NCBI GenBank assembly: GCA_963793425.1
Contig: CAWCAG010000007.1
Location: forward strand, 864,001 to 928,000
Length of the DNA stretch: 64,000 nucleotides
DNA from: an uncultured cyanobacterium
GTDB lineage: Bacteria > Cyanobacteriota > Cyanobacteriia > Cyanobacteriales > CAWCAG01
Direction: 5' to 3'
In this document: piece after piece, positions 1 to 9,819 of the stretch
Numbering within the stretch: position 1 is the stretch's first letter
Layout of the letters: every line of letters starts with the position of its first letter
Notes under the pieces: model-generated
Seen by the model: the letters and a program-made list of their open reading frames with translations, nothing else
What the model was told of the DNA's origin: nothing
Databases searched by the model: none
Position numbers and translations under genes: made by a program

Positions 1-162
1 TCCTGCCATTGACCAGCTAAAGGCAGTTTTACCAAAATCTGGTAGGTTGAGGATAAAATTAGGATTAGGTAAGACGAGTAATAGTCCTGCTAAACCGAAG
101 GCCATAGATAAAATATGAGCAATCAAAAAGGAACGTTCAGCAGTTATCGGTTGTTTGACCAA
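1..162 (-). CDS. cruF: gamma-carotene 1'-hydroxylase CruF, N-terminal part (runs off the window start)
   Basis: Hand translation from TTG at 162: MVKQPITAERSFLIAHILSMAFGLAGLLLVLPNPNFILNLPDFGKTAFSWSMAG, which resembles the N-terminus of cyanobacterial CruF. Not in the ORF track. Confidence 0.7.
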   Translation of the reverse strand, partial: MVKQPITAERSFLIAHILSMAFGLAGLLLVLPNPNFILNLPDFGKTAFSWSMAG

Positions 163-411
163 AGTTAAGACCTCAGCTAGGGGGTTTTACTAATTCCTTC
201 TGTTAATAAGTAATTAAGGAACAGGTTTGTTAATAACAGTTTACAAAGGTTTGTTAACAAGAAATGCTTTTAAATCTAAATATTTTTGAATTTTTTGTGG
301 TTAGCGGAGTATTCTCTGCTATCTCCAGTTGATTTCCTCACATTTATTCAGTGCTTTGCTTAACTTAACCCCTTTAGCGCTCAATTTTTAATTAACAAAT
401 TACTAGATACC

Positions 412-942
412 ATGTCCGCAACTTTCTATATCTCTCCCCTAATTAAAATTACTCTGCTTAGTCTTTATATCGCCTTGACTCTTCCTCTACCGTTTTTAGC
501 CCAAGTCGTTGCTACACCAGTACCACCGACATTTTTGTGGGTAGGTATTATTTTAGGATTCATCGCTTTATTTGGTGCTGTAAGCGAACGAGTGATGTTA
601 GATGAGTCACAAATAGCCGTTACCTATCCTCGCTGGTTTTCCTTCATTCGTAAAGGCTGGTCTTTATCTTGGTCAGAAATTGCCGATTTGAAAATGCGTA
701 CCACAGGGCAAGGTGGGTTAGTTTATTATTTCGTGACAGAGACGAAGGAAAGGGCTTATTTATTGCCCATGCGAGTAGCTGGTTTTAGCCGTTTAGTTAA
801 GCTTGTTCAAGACAAGACAGGAATTGACACTAAGGATATTCGACCTTTGTCTCAACCTTGGATGTACTTAATTTTACTAATTTGTACCCTATTTTTATTG
901 CTGGTCGATGGTTGGACAATTGCTACAGCTTTAAGTGGTTGA
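412..942 (+). CDS. conserved cyanobacterial membrane protein (hypothetical)
   Basis: 176 aa with two N-terminal and one C-terminal hydrophobic segments; TTGQGGLVYYF motif; directly upstream of glpX. Confidence 0.7.
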   Translation: MSATFYISPLIKITLLSLYIALTLPLPFLAQVVATPVPPTFLWVGIILGFIALFGAVSERVMLDESQIAVTYPRWFSFIRKGWSLSWSEIADLKMRTTGQGGLVYYFVTETKERAYLLPMRVAGFSRLVKLVQDKTGIDTKDIRPLSQPWMYLILLICTLFLLLVDGWTIATALSG

Positions 943-1100
943 ACTGCTCAAGCCCAAATTAATTGTCCATTGAAAAAAAACTTAACATAAACCTCGACCT
1001 CTCTTCTGGCCTACGAGATCCCCGTTTCTGATAGACTTTAACACTGAGTCCGTAGATGATAAAGCCAGAAAAATAAGCAGTTACGAGGAATAAAAAAACA

Positions 1101-2144
1101 GTGGAAAATACATTAGGTTTAGAAATCATTGAGGTTGTAGAAAAAGCAGCGATCGCCTCAGCCAAATGGATGGGGAAAGGCGAGAAGGATACTGCTGATG
1201 AAGTAGCAGTAGAAGCGATGCGAGAACGTATGAACCAAATTTATATGCGTGGTCGCATTGTGATTGGGGAAGGAGAACGGGACGATGCACCAATGCTTTA
1301 TATTGGTGAAGAAGTCGGTATTTGTACCAGAGAAGATGCCCACGATTACTGTAACCCTGACGAATTAGTAGAAATTGACATTGCCGTTGATCCTTGCGAA
1401 GGCACTAACTTAGTTGCCTATGGGCAAAATGGTTCTATGGCAGTATTAGCAATTTCGGAAAAAGGTGGTTTGTTTGCTGCACCAGATTTTTATATGAAGA
1501 AGTTGGCAGCACCACCAGCCGCGAAAAATCATGTTGATATTAACAAATCTGCTACAGAAAATTTACAAATTCTGGCTGATTGTTTAAATCGTTCCATTGA
1601 GGAATTGGTGGTTGTGGTTATGAAGCGAGAACGCCATAATGACCTCATCAAGGAAATAAGAGAAGCAGGTGCAAGAGTCAGACTAATTAGTGATGGAGAT
1701 GTTTCTGCCGCTATTTCCTGTGCTTTTTCCGGAACTAATATTCATGCTTTAATGGGTATCGGTGCTGCACCAGAAGGAGTTATTTCTGCTGCCGCCATGC
1801 GTTGTTTAGGAGGTCACTTCCAAGGGCAACTTATTTATGACCCTGCCGTTGTCAAAACAGGCTTAATTGGGGAAAGCAAAGAAAGTAACCTAGACCGTTT
1901 AAAAGAAATGGGTATAAACGATGCTGACAAGGTTTACAATGCCGAAGAATTAGCGAAAGGAGAAAACGTACTCTTTGCTGCTTGCGGCATCACTCCAGGG
2001 ACTTTAATGGAAGGAGTACGCTTCTTTCAGGGCGGGGCCAGAACCCAAAGTTTAGTTATTTCTAGCCAATCTAGCACTGCTCGTTTTGTAGATACAATTC
2101 ATATGTTTAAAGGTTCTAAGCCTACTTCTTTACAGTTGAAGTAG
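1101..2144 (+). CDS. glpX: class II fructose-1,6-/sedoheptulose-1,7-bisphosphatase
   Basis: [31 protein letters not shown] and GAAPEGV motifs. Confidence 0.97.
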   Translation: MENTLGLEIIEVVEKAAIASAKWMGKGEKDTADEVAVEAMRERMNQIYMRGRIVIGEGERDDAPMLYIGEEVGICTREDAHDYCNPDELVEIDIAVDPCEGTNLVAYGQNGSMAVLAISEKGGLFAAPDFYMKKLAAPPAAKNHVDINKSATENLQILADCLNRSIEELVVVVMKRERHNDLIKEIREAGARVRLISDGDVSAAISCAFSGTNIHALMGIGAAPEGVISAAAMRCLGGHFQGQLIYDPAVVKTGLIGESKESNLDRLKEMGINDADKVYNAEELAKGENVLFAACGITPGTLMEGVRFFQGGARTQSLVISSQSSTARFVDTIHMFKGSKPTSLQLK

Positions 2145-2150
2145 TTAAAC

Positions 2151-2182
2151 AGGGAGTAGGGAGTAGGGAGCAGGGAGTAGGG
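2151..2182. repeat. heptamer tandem repeat (GGGAGTA/GGGAGCA)n
   Basis: gggagtagggagtagggagcagggagtaggg; same family at about 53107-53129 and, inverted, at about 57125-57160. Confidence 0.85.
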
Positions 2183-2314
2183 CTAGAATAATAAGTAAAA
2201 AGACTATTACCTTTAGCCTACGGCAACCGTAAGCGCGTTTTCTTTTTCTTTCAGAAACGCTAACGCGAACGTGTAAGCGTCTCTGCCCTTGAAACACCCT
2301 ATTGCCTGTTCCCC

Positions 2315-2351
2315 CATTAGCAATTAGCAATTAGCCACTAGCCATTAGCAA
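2315..2351. repeat. heptamer tandem repeat (CAATTAG/CCACTAG)n
   Basis: cattagcaattagcaattagccactagccattagcaa; related arrays at about 51138-51168 and 54128-54168. Confidence 0.8.
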
Positions 2352-2374
2352 TCTTTTAAAAAATAGTATTTGAT

Positions 2375-3667
2375 ATGAGTATTGTCGTTGTTGGTTTAAG
2401 CCATAAAACTGCCCCGGTAGAAGTTCGTGAAAAACTGAGTATTCCCGAAGCGAAAATTGAAGGGGCGATCGCCGATTTATTAAATTATCCCAATATTGAA
2501 GAAGTTGCGATTATTAGTACTTGCAATCGCTTAGAAATTTATGTGATTGCTAAAGAAACAGAACAAGGAGTACAAGAAGTTAATCTCTTTCTTTCTGAAG
2601 TTGCCCAACTCCCTTTAAGACAGTTACGACGACATTTGTTTACCCTCCTTCACCATGATGCGGTTATGCACTTAATGCGAGTTGCAGCAGGGTTAGAAAG
2701 TTTGGTATTGGGGGAAGGGCAAATTTTAGCCCAAGTTAAAACAGCCCATAAACAAGGGCAAAAATATCAGGGTTTAGGAAGATTATTAGATAAATTATTT
2801 AAACAAGCTATTAGTGCCGGGAAGCGGGTACGCAGCGAAACAAATATTGGTACGGGGGCTGTATCTATTAGTTCTGCGGCGGTAGAATTAGCTTTAATTA
2901 AGCTTCAGAGTTTTTCTAACTGTAGGGTAGCTATTATTGGGGCAGGAAAGATGTCCCGGTTGTTGGTTAAACATCTCCTTGCTAAAGGTGCAACGGAAAT
3001 TTGCATCGCTAACCGTTCTCAAAAACGGGCCCAGGAATTAGCCAATAAATTCCCTGAAGCGACTTTGCAGATTTGTGGTTTACCGGAAATGATGGGGGCG
3101 ATCGCCACAGCCGATCTTGTCTTTACCAGTACTGCTGCTACGGAGCCAATTCTGAATCGAGCTAAATTAGAACCAGTGATTGAAGCAACTCGTTCTTTGA
3201 TGCTATGTGATATTTCTGTACCTTTAAATGTCCATGGCGATGTTAAAGAACTTACCCACATTCAATCTTACAACGTAGATGACCTCAAAGCTGTAGTAGC
3301 CCAAAATAAAGAAAGCCGCCGCCAAATGGCATTAGAAGCGGAGGTATTATTAGAGGAAGAAGTCGGAAATTATGAATTATGGTTGCGTTCTTTAGAAACC
3401 GTTCCTACCATTAGTTCTTTACGGCGCAAAGTAGAAACTATTCGTACCCAAGAATTAGAAAAAGCTCTTTCTCGCCTTGGTACAGAGTTTGGGGACAAAC
3501 ATCAGGATGTTATTGAAGCTTTAACCAGAGGCATTGTCAACAAAATACTCCATGAACCAATGGTACAACTAAGAGCGCAACAGGATATAGAAGCCCGCCG
3601 TGTTGCCCTACAATCGTTGCAATTGTTGTTTGATTTGGATACAGAAAAGCAGTTTAGTCAAAGTTAA
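2375..3667 (+). CDS. hemA: glutamyl-tRNA reductase
   Basis: [39 protein letters not shown] and IIGAGKM motifs. Confidence 0.97.
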   Translation: MSIVVVGLSHKTAPVEVREKLSIPEAKIEGAIADLLNYPNIEEVAIISTCNRLEIYVIAKETEQGVQEVNLFLSEVAQLPLRQLRRHLFTLLHHDAVMHLMRVAAGLESLVLGEGQILAQVKTAHKQGQKYQGLGRLLDKLFKQAISAGKRVRSETNIGTGAVSISSAAVELALIKLQSFSNCRVAIIGAGKMSRLLVKHLLAKGATEICIANRSQKRAQELANKFPEATLQICGLPEMMGAIATADLVFTSTAATEPILNRAKLEPVIEATRSLMLCDISVPLNVHGDVKELTHIQSYNVDDLKAVVAQNKESRRQMALEAEVLLEEEVGNYELWLRSLETVPTISSLRRKVETIRTQELEKALSRLGTEFGDKHQDVIEALTRGIVNKILHEPMVQLRAQQDIEARRVALQSLQLLFDLDTEKQFSQS

Positions 3668-3678
3668 TCCTCTGTTTT

Positions 3679-3738
3679 CCTCAATCTCTTTACTAATGCC
3701 TCTCAATTCCTACTTTTTCAAGGAGATTGAGGGGTTTT
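3679..3738 (+). terminator. inverted repeat after hemA, possible terminator
   Basis: cctcaatctc ... gagattgagg followed by ggtttt; the loop is long, so function is uncertain. Confidence 0.35.
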
Positions 3739-3838
3739 CACTAGTCTTTTCTCATTCCATATCTAAAGAAATTTGTCAATCAGTAACTAGAAGAAAATAT
3801 TCAGGTATTATTGGTAGTAATCAGCTTGACTACTGAGT

Positions 3839-6800
3839 ATGAAAGCCCATACTAATCGTCCGAAAAAGTCCTCTTCTGCTCCTGTCCAAAAGAAATCACA
3901 GCCCCCTGTTGCTACTCCCCCGGTAGTAACAGAAAGGACGACTGAACAGATACAACAGCTTAAAAATATCCCCCCAGAGCCGCCTCCCATAACCCTAGAC
4001 GACTCTTTCGTTCAAACAGGTGGCCATAAGGTAGAAACCATAGTAGAAGAAGAAGAGCGCTTACAAAGAGATTCTACTTTATCAGCAGAAGATAGAGCAG
4101 CATTTACCAATAGAGTACGGAGTTCAATATTAGTAGGGCAGGGAGAAAGTATGGGAATGGAGAGTTCCTATGCCCTTAACCCTGGGCAGAAACCCTTAAT
4201 TCAAGCCCAAGCCATCAACCTTGACACTGTAGCGGGAACAGAAGAACGTAGACAAAACAGTCCTTTTGGGCAACAAATTCATAATTCCCTAATTGCCAGT
4301 CATCAACAGCAGATGAAGCAAGAGTGGCAAACTGCCCCTAACTCCTTTGAGCAACCTTTAGGGCAGAATCTTCAACGGCAACAGGATAGTACGGAAAGCC
4401 AGGAGCAGCCAGCAGAAGCAAAAGAAGAACTTCAGCCAAAATCAATAGTTCAGGAGCCTCGTAAGGAAAACAAATCATCGGCACAGGGAAATAAGATTGC
4501 TATTGAAACTCCTGAACAAGAGATTAAACCCAAAGCAATTAATCAATTAGAAAGCCAGCCTCAAAAAGCACCAAATTCAGAATCAATTGGAGTCCAAGAA
4601 CAAACAAAATCTCAAGGAGAAGCCCGCAATCAAGCAGAAAAACCAGAGAGTGCAGCAACCTCTGATGCAGGCTTTGTGCAACAAGGTGCTTCTGGAGGAA
4701 CTTCTCCTACTTCTGCGGGGGAAGATGCTGGTTTTCAAGGCTTGGTGGGTGATGTCAAAGGGGTAGCAGCCCAAGAAAAACAGCATGAACCAGCGACAGC
4801 AGAAGCCAAAGAAGCTCAAGGTGCTGCTCAATCCCCTAACAATGAAGTAGAAAGTAAAGCTCAAGACTCCCAAGTTGAGCAAATGGAACAGCAGCAGCCA
4901 GGGACTTTCAGTGCAAACGCTTTCAAAGCTGCCCTCTTGGCGAAAATTGATGCTATCATTCCTGATAACGAACAAGATGCAGAAAACTTTGGTCAAAGTA
5001 ACGAATTGGATTCTGTGCGGCAAGATGTTTCTTCTCAGGTGAGTGAAGAAGAAGAAAATGCTGCTGGGCCGATTAAAGAAACCACCGCAGCCCCACCAGA
5101 TACAAGCGGCATTGAACCAAAAACTTCCCAACCTTTACAATCTCCCCCAGCAGGTACACAACCTCAAGGTGTTGATGCCACCAAAGCAGTACCGAAACCA
5201 AAGTCTGAAGCAGAAGTAGCTGCCCCTTTAAATGCCAACTCACAAGAAATAGACCAGGAGATGGCTAATGTTAATATCACCGATGAGCAGCTTGCCAAAT
5301 CCAACGAACCCCAGTTTACAGCAGCACTGGATGCGAAGAATGAACTCAAGACTAATACGCAAGAAGCCCCAGCAGCATATCGCCAGCAAGAGCAGGAAAC
5401 CCTAAATCAGTCCCAAACAGAAGCCCAAACTACCAGCCAAACTCAGCTAGCAGGAATGCACGGAGAGCGTGGACAACTTCTAGGGCAGGTGTTGGGGCAG
5501 CAACAGGCAGTTAAAAGTCAAGATGAGCAGAAACGCTCTGAGGTGGCTACCCATATCAATGGTATTTATACAACCACAAAAACCGATGTTGAGAATATCC
5601 TTAGTGGTATAGATACAGAAGTGACGAGCAAGTTTGACACTGCTGCTGGTGCTGCCAAGGGTAAGTTTGAAAGCCATGTCAAAGAAAAAATGGCAGCTTG
5701 GAAGAAGGAACGTTATGGAGAATGGTACGATGTCACGGGTTGGGATGAGCGCATTAGTGATGCAGTAGTAGGTTTGCCACCGGAGGTAAATCAATTCTTC
5801 GTCGAAGGTAAGCAGCTTTATATCGACGAGATGGATGTGGCTTTGACGGATATTGCCAACTTTGTGGCTCAGAAGCTCAATGAAGCCAAGCAAAGGATTA
5901 GTGAAGGCAAAAACCAAATCAAAGAGTATGTTGCCACTTTGCCTCAATCTTTGCAACAGGTTGGACAACAAGCGGCACAGGATATTCAAAGTCAGTTTGA
6001 GCAGTTAGAACAAAGCGTTGATAGTAAGCAAGATGAGTTGATTGATTCTTTGGCTCAGCGCTACAGTGATAGTATCCAGCAAGTGAATAGCTGCATTCAA
6101 GAAATGCAAGAAGCTAATCGTGGTCTAAAAGATAAAGTTAAAGACGGTATTTTAGGTGTAGCTCAGACTATCGCACAACTCAAAGATATGTTGATGGGGG
6201 TGTTGGGCAAAGCAGCAGGAGCTATTGGCAAAATTATTCTTGATCCCATCAGTTTCCTGGGTAACTTGATCAGTGGTGTTAGCCAGGGCTTCAATAACTT
6301 TACGGGAAATATTACAACCCACTTGCAATCAGGTTTGATTGGTTGGCTTACAGGTGCATTAGGGCCAATGGGTATCACTTTACCTGAAGATATCTTTAGT
6401 TTACCGGGTATCTTCTCCCTTGCTACCCAAGTCCTCGGTTTAACCTGGAACTACATCCGTCGCAAAGCAGTGAAGATGTTCACTGAACCTATAGTAGCAG
6501 GAATGGAGAAGAGTGCAGAAGTGTTCCAAATGCTACGAGATGAAGGGCCAATGGGCTTGTGGGAGAATGTTAAGGAGCAGTTTGGTGACCTTAAAGAGAC
6601 GATCATTGAGCAAATTAAGGGTATGGTGATTACCCAGGTGATTACTGCTGGGGTGAAATGGGTTCTGAGTTTGTTGAATCCCGCTTCAGCTTTTGTGAAA
6701 GCAGCGATGGCAATTTATGACATCATTATGTTTTTCGTCAACCAAGGTTCTCAGGTGATGGCTTTGGTGCAGGCGGTGATTGATGGTGTGAGTGCGGTTG

Positions 6801-7606
6801 CTTCTGGGGCTGTGGGGGCGATGGCCAAGGGTATTGAGAATGCTTTGGTGAGGTCTTTGCCTGTGGTGATTGGTTTCTTGGCTTCTTTGTTAGGTATTGG
6901 TGGGTTGGTGAAGAAGGTTCAGAAGATTATTGGTAAGATTAGGGCGCGGATTGATAAGGCGATTGATAAGGTTTTGAGGAAGGCTAAGAAGGGGTTTAAG
7001 GGAAAGGGTAAGAATAATAAGGATAAAGATAAACCCAATAAAGACAAAGCAGTCGAAACTGGACTTAAGGGTTTACATCTTGAAGAGAAAAAATATCTTA
7101 AAGATAATAAAATTACTAAAGCTGATGCTAAAAAAGCAGCTAATATCACCAAAACTCAACACCCTATTTTCAAATCTATTACTGTTGTCGATGGAGGTAA
7201 AGATTGGGACTACGATTACACCATTCAAAGAACTGAGGATGGGGCAGAAAAAGCAGAAGGATCTAGAAAACATCCGAATCAAACCTGCGAAGATGAAGTA
7301 TTGGAGAGACTTCAAGCTGAAAAAGATGCGATTTGTGGCTCTATACCCAAGTTTCCTAATTGTAAATTGGCTTTGGATAAACTAAAAGCTGGGAAGAAAC
7401 TTAAAGGAAGTGTGAAGGGTGTAACAAGAAAAGATGTTGAAAACCGAATGAATAAAATACAAGAATGTATTGATAAAAGATGGGAAATACAAAACAAATG
7501 CTTTGGTGGAAAGCCAGATAAAGCGCATGAAGATGCTATTCAAGAGCTAGAGAATGGCTTAAGAAACTGCCAAGAATTATTAGATCATCCTGATTTGCCA
7601 ACTTGA
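3839..7606 (+). CDS. large polymorphic toxin (eCIS/PVC-type carrier) with C-terminal Ntox16-like predicted RNase domain
   Basis: Disordered Q/E/P-rich N-terminus, long helical or coiled-coil core, hydrophobic Gly-rich segment, K-rich linker, then a Cys-rich helical tip C..LQAEKDAIC...C..KR..IQNKCFGG..DKAH...NC that fits the Ntox16 pattern (DxxH plus Arg). Confidence 0.75.
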   Translation: MKAHTNRPKKSSSAPVQKKSQPPVATPPVVTERTTEQIQQLKNIPPEPPPITLDDSFVQTGGHKVETIVEEEERLQRDSTLSAEDRAAFTNRVRSSILVGQGESMGMESSYALNPGQKPLIQAQAINLDTVAGTEERRQNSPFGQQIHNSLIASHQQQMKQEWQTAPNSFEQPLGQNLQRQQDSTESQEQPAEAKEELQPKSIVQEPRKENKSSAQGNKIAIETPEQEIKPKAINQLESQPQKAPNSESIGVQEQTKSQGEARNQAEKPESAATSDAGFVQQGASGGTSPTSAGEDAGFQGLVGDVKGVAAQEKQHEPATAEAKEAQGAAQSPNNEVESKAQDSQVEQMEQQQPGTFSANAFKAALLAKIDAIIPDNEQDAENFGQSNELDSVRQDVSSQVSEEEENAAGPIKETTAAPPDTSGIEPKTSQPLQSPPAGTQPQGVDATKAVPKPKSEAEVAAPLNANSQEIDQEMANVNITDEQLAKSNEPQFTAALDAKNELKTNTQEAPAAYRQQEQETLNQSQTEAQTTSQTQLAGMHGERGQLLGQVLGQQQAVKSQDEQKRSEVATHINGIYTTTKTDVENILSGIDTEVTSKFDTAAGAAKGKFESHVKEKMAAWKKERYGEWYDVTGWDERISDAVVGLPPEVNQFFVEGKQLYIDEMDVALTDIANFVAQKLNEAKQRISEGKNQIKEYVATLPQSLQQVGQQAAQDIQSQFEQLEQSVDSKQDELIDSLAQRYSDSIQQVNSCIQEMQEANRGLKDKVKDGILGVAQTIAQLKDMLMGVLGKAAGAIGKIILDPISFLGNLISGVSQGFNNFTGNITTHLQSGLIGWLTGALGPMGITLPEDIFSLPGIFSLATQVLGLTWNYIRRKAVKMFTEPIVAGMEKSAEVFQMLRDEGPMGLWENVKEQFGDLKETIIEQIKGMVITQVITAGVKWVLSLLNPASAFVKAAMAIYDIIMFFVNQGSQVMALVQAVIDGVSAVASGAVGAMAKGIENALVRSLPVVIGFLASLLGIGGLVKKVQKIIGKIRARIDKAIDKVLRKAKKGFKGKGKNNKDKDKPNKDKAVETGLKGLHLEEKKYLKDNKITKADAKKAANITKTQHPIFKSITVVDGGKDWDYDYTIQRTEDGAEKAEGSRKHPNQTCEDEVLERLQAEKDAICGSIPKFPNCKLALDKLKAGKKLKGSVKGVTRKDVENRMNKIQECIDKRWEIQNKCFGGKPDKAHEDAIQELENGLRNCQELLDHPDLPT

Positions 7607-7619
7607 AACTCCTGTTAAA

Positions 7620-8231
7620 ATGAACAATAAAGATATTTTTGAAATAATTCGAGAACATAATGAAAGTTATCTTTTAAAGATGATTGAACAAGGTATCGAG
7701 ATAAATTCTCATATGCCCAATCCTCCTTTCTGGACTCCTTTACAAGAAGCTATAGATGAAATGGATGATGGAGGAAAAATAGAAATGGTGCAATTATTAA
7801 TTCAGGCTGGAGCTGATGTAAATGCTTGGAATCTAGACCACGATTCTAATCCTTTGCTCATGGCTATGTGGAGCGGCCATGAGGATATAGTAAGTTTACT
7901 ACTCAAGGCAGGAGCTAATCCTAATATTAAAGACAATGAAGGTAATTCTCCTCTTAGATTGAGTGTAGAGGAAGAAAACATAGAAATGGTGAAACTACTC
8001 CTTAGTCATGGAGCGAAAGAAACCATAGATGAAACTGGTGGATTCGGTGGCATGAATGCACTAGGAATTGCGGTAAATAAGCTTAATATTCCTATAATTA
8101 AAATACTTCTTGCTGAAGATGCTGATCCAGAAGCAACTGATAACGATTATCGAAAACCAATAGAAAGACTTCCCAAAAATGTAGATAGTAGTAAAAAAGA
8201 AGAAATTGAGAATTTACTAGCAAGTTATTGA
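7620..8231 (+). CDS. ankyrin-repeat protein, probable cognate immunity protein
   Basis: TPLQEA, NPLLMA..GH, GNSPLRLS and NALGIA ankyrin repeats; 13 bp downstream of the toxin gene. Confidence 0.85.
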   Translation: MNNKDIFEIIREHNESYLLKMIEQGIEINSHMPNPPFWTPLQEAIDEMDDGGKIEMVQLLIQAGADVNAWNLDHDSNPLLMAMWSGHEDIVSLLLKAGANPNIKDNEGNSPLRLSVEEENIEMVKLLLSHGAKETIDETGGFGGMNALGIAVNKLNIPIIKILLAEDADPEATDNDYRKPIERLPKNVDSSKKEEIENLLASY

Positions 8232-8253
8232 AGGCAGTTATAAGAAACATGAT

Positions 8254-8640
8254 GAAAACCCTGTGTTTTTAAACCAGGGATGAAAGCTGATTGCAGGATT
8301 TATCCTGCCAGGAAATGATATAATTGCTTAAACAGGAACGGTAATTAACCTGTCTAAAAACCCAACTGCCTAGAGGCAATCTGTACCTTGACAACTGAAG
8401 ATATGGGGTTCTATTCCATAGTTCTAGTTCCTACCCAGGAATAGGTAAAATCTTCATGGGATCTAGGCGACGCAGAATTTAAGTAAAATAAATTTTTGGA
8501 GTAATCCAACTACCGAGGGACACTCGGAAAGTTAACGATCGAGGAGAGAACCACCTCTGGATTAGATACCGCAAGGGGTCTAATCCAAGTGGACTCGTTG
8601 AACCGAGAATCTCCGTGGCTAAAGCTATGGAGAGTGTCAA
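8254..8640 (+). mobile_element. non-autonomous IS200/IS605-family derivative (no tnpA or tnpB) retaining a reRNA-like 3' region
   Basis: Left hairpin CCCTG-tgtttttaaac-CAGGG after TGAT; right end GAATCTCCGTGGCTAAAGCTATGGAGAGTGTCAA is the typical IS605 subterminal hairpin ending in TCAA; no ORF inside. Confidence 0.8.
8316..8324 (+). promoter_or_regulatory. extended -10 element inside the IS605 derivative
   Basis: TGaTATAAT is a perfect TGnTATAAT match. Confidence 0.55.
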
Positions 8641-8686
8641 GAAGACATTAATCTAACCCATGATGGCTAGATATTTCCCATAACCT

Positions 8687-9802
8687 ATGTCCCTCAAAAC
8701 TCAAAGCCAACAAATCAACAAAGCCTTAACCTTATACGAGTCTTCCCAAGGTTCCTACGATTTTCATATTTCCTCCCTCTTTATAACTAAACAAGAAGAG
8801 GAAATTATCGAATGTCGCCTCACTTTACAAATTAGCTTAGAAACTTATCAACATATCAACAGCAACGCCCTATTCAACCTCAAACCAGAAATACGCAATT
8901 CTGCTACTACAAAGTTTCAACCTTCCCCTGAAATCCACCTTGAAGCCTCCCTTAAACCTGATTTATTACAACAACTAGCAAAACAGGTTGCAAATATTGT
9001 AGAAGCTGTCAACTATCTTTTACTTCTAAGCAAAGAACAAACCTACAATCCCTTACTATGCACAGAAAGTTGGCTTGCACTTTCTGTTAAGCAGCAACAA
9101 GAGTCTGGGGAAATAGGCTACCGTACCTTCTGGTCTTATGTTAGCCCTCAAGCCCTTGCCCAAGCAAGTATTTCCGATTCTGGCGAAGAAATTTCTGAGG
9201 CTGTTGTTAACTTTTTTCAAGAGTGGACAGAATCCCACCTATCAGCAGCAACCCAGCAAACCACCTCTCAAATGTTGGATGGCATCACCAACTTTTTCAC
9301 TCAATTAGCGGATACTGCTGTGGATAAGTTTGCTGAAGTTGCCACAGCCAAGAGCAAGATTTTTGAGGAGATGGTAGATTTCTTCAGCCAAGAAGATTGG
9401 CAATTTACTTCAGTAAAAGGACAAACAATTCTACATTTAGCCTGCCAGGGTAAAAATGGGCAATGGGATTGCTTTGCAACTGCTAAAGAAGAACAACAAC
9501 AGTTCGTTTTTTATTCCCTCTGTCCTATTAAAGCACCAAAGAAGAAGCGTAGGCAATTAGGAGAATTTGTTTGTCGAGCCAATTATAGTGCAGTTATCGG
9601 CAACTTTGAATTAGATTTTAATGACGGAGAAATTCGCTACAAAACCAGCATTGATGTCGAAGGGGATTCCCTTAGTTTTTCCCTCATCAAACAAATGGTT
9701 TACGCTAATGTCACTATGATGGATGAATATTTGCCAGGGATTATAGCAGTGATTGAGGGTGAAGCCTCCCTAGAAGAAGCTATTGCTAAAATCGAAACCT
9801 AA
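8687..9802 (+). CDS. YbjN-domain protein (type III secretion chaperone-like fold) with N-terminal extension
   Basis: C-terminal FF..EDW.F...QGKNGQWDC...EFVCRANY...GNFELDFNDGEIRYKTSID is typical of cyanobacterial YbjN proteins. Confidence 0.8.
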   Translation: MSLKTQSQQINKALTLYESSQGSYDFHISSLFITKQEEEIIECRLTLQISLETYQHINSNALFNLKPEIRNSATTKFQPSPEIHLEASLKPDLLQQLAKQVANIVEAVNYLLLLSKEQTYNPLLCTESWLALSVKQQQESGEIGYRTFWSYVSPQALAQASISDSGEEISEAVVNFFQEWTESHLSAATQQTTSQMLDGITNFFTQLADTAVDKFAEVATAKSKIFEEMVDFFSQEDWQFTSVKGQTILHLACQGKNGQWDCFATAKEEQQQFVFYSLCPIKAPKKKRRQLGEFVCRANYSAVIGNFELDFNDGEIRYKTSIDVEGDSLSFSLIKQMVYANVTMMDEYLPGIIAVIEGEASLEEAIAKIET

Positions 9803-9819
9803 TACCATTATTCCTCCAG

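Noticed and set aside
222..257. Direct repeat aggtttgttaa upstream of cruF, considered as an RpaB/HLR1 site
   Set aside because: Spacing does not fit the HLR1 10-bp period, and the AT-rich context makes chance likely.
1089..1099. AATAAAAAAAC in the glpX leader is complementary to the 3' tail of the candidate sRNA (same 11-mer at 51168-51178)
   Set aside because: Low-complexity match that depends on the U-tract and bases beyond the predicted terminator; not evidence of targeting.
2145..2330. 61-aa minus-strand ORF, and the 35-aa N-terminal extension of rqcH (53061-53165)
   Set aside because: Both contain LLPAPYSLLP, the translation of the GGGAGTA repeat; they are repeat-derived artefacts.
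4583..7497. Several antisense or alternate-frame ORFs inside the toxin gene, and similar ones across the window
   Set aside because: Shadow ORFs overlapping well-supported genes, with no recognisable motifs.
3839..7606. Phage tape-measure protein or prophage
   Set aside because: The helical core is superficially similar, but there are no phage structural, integrase or lysis genes nearby, and the toxin-tip plus immunity layout fits better.
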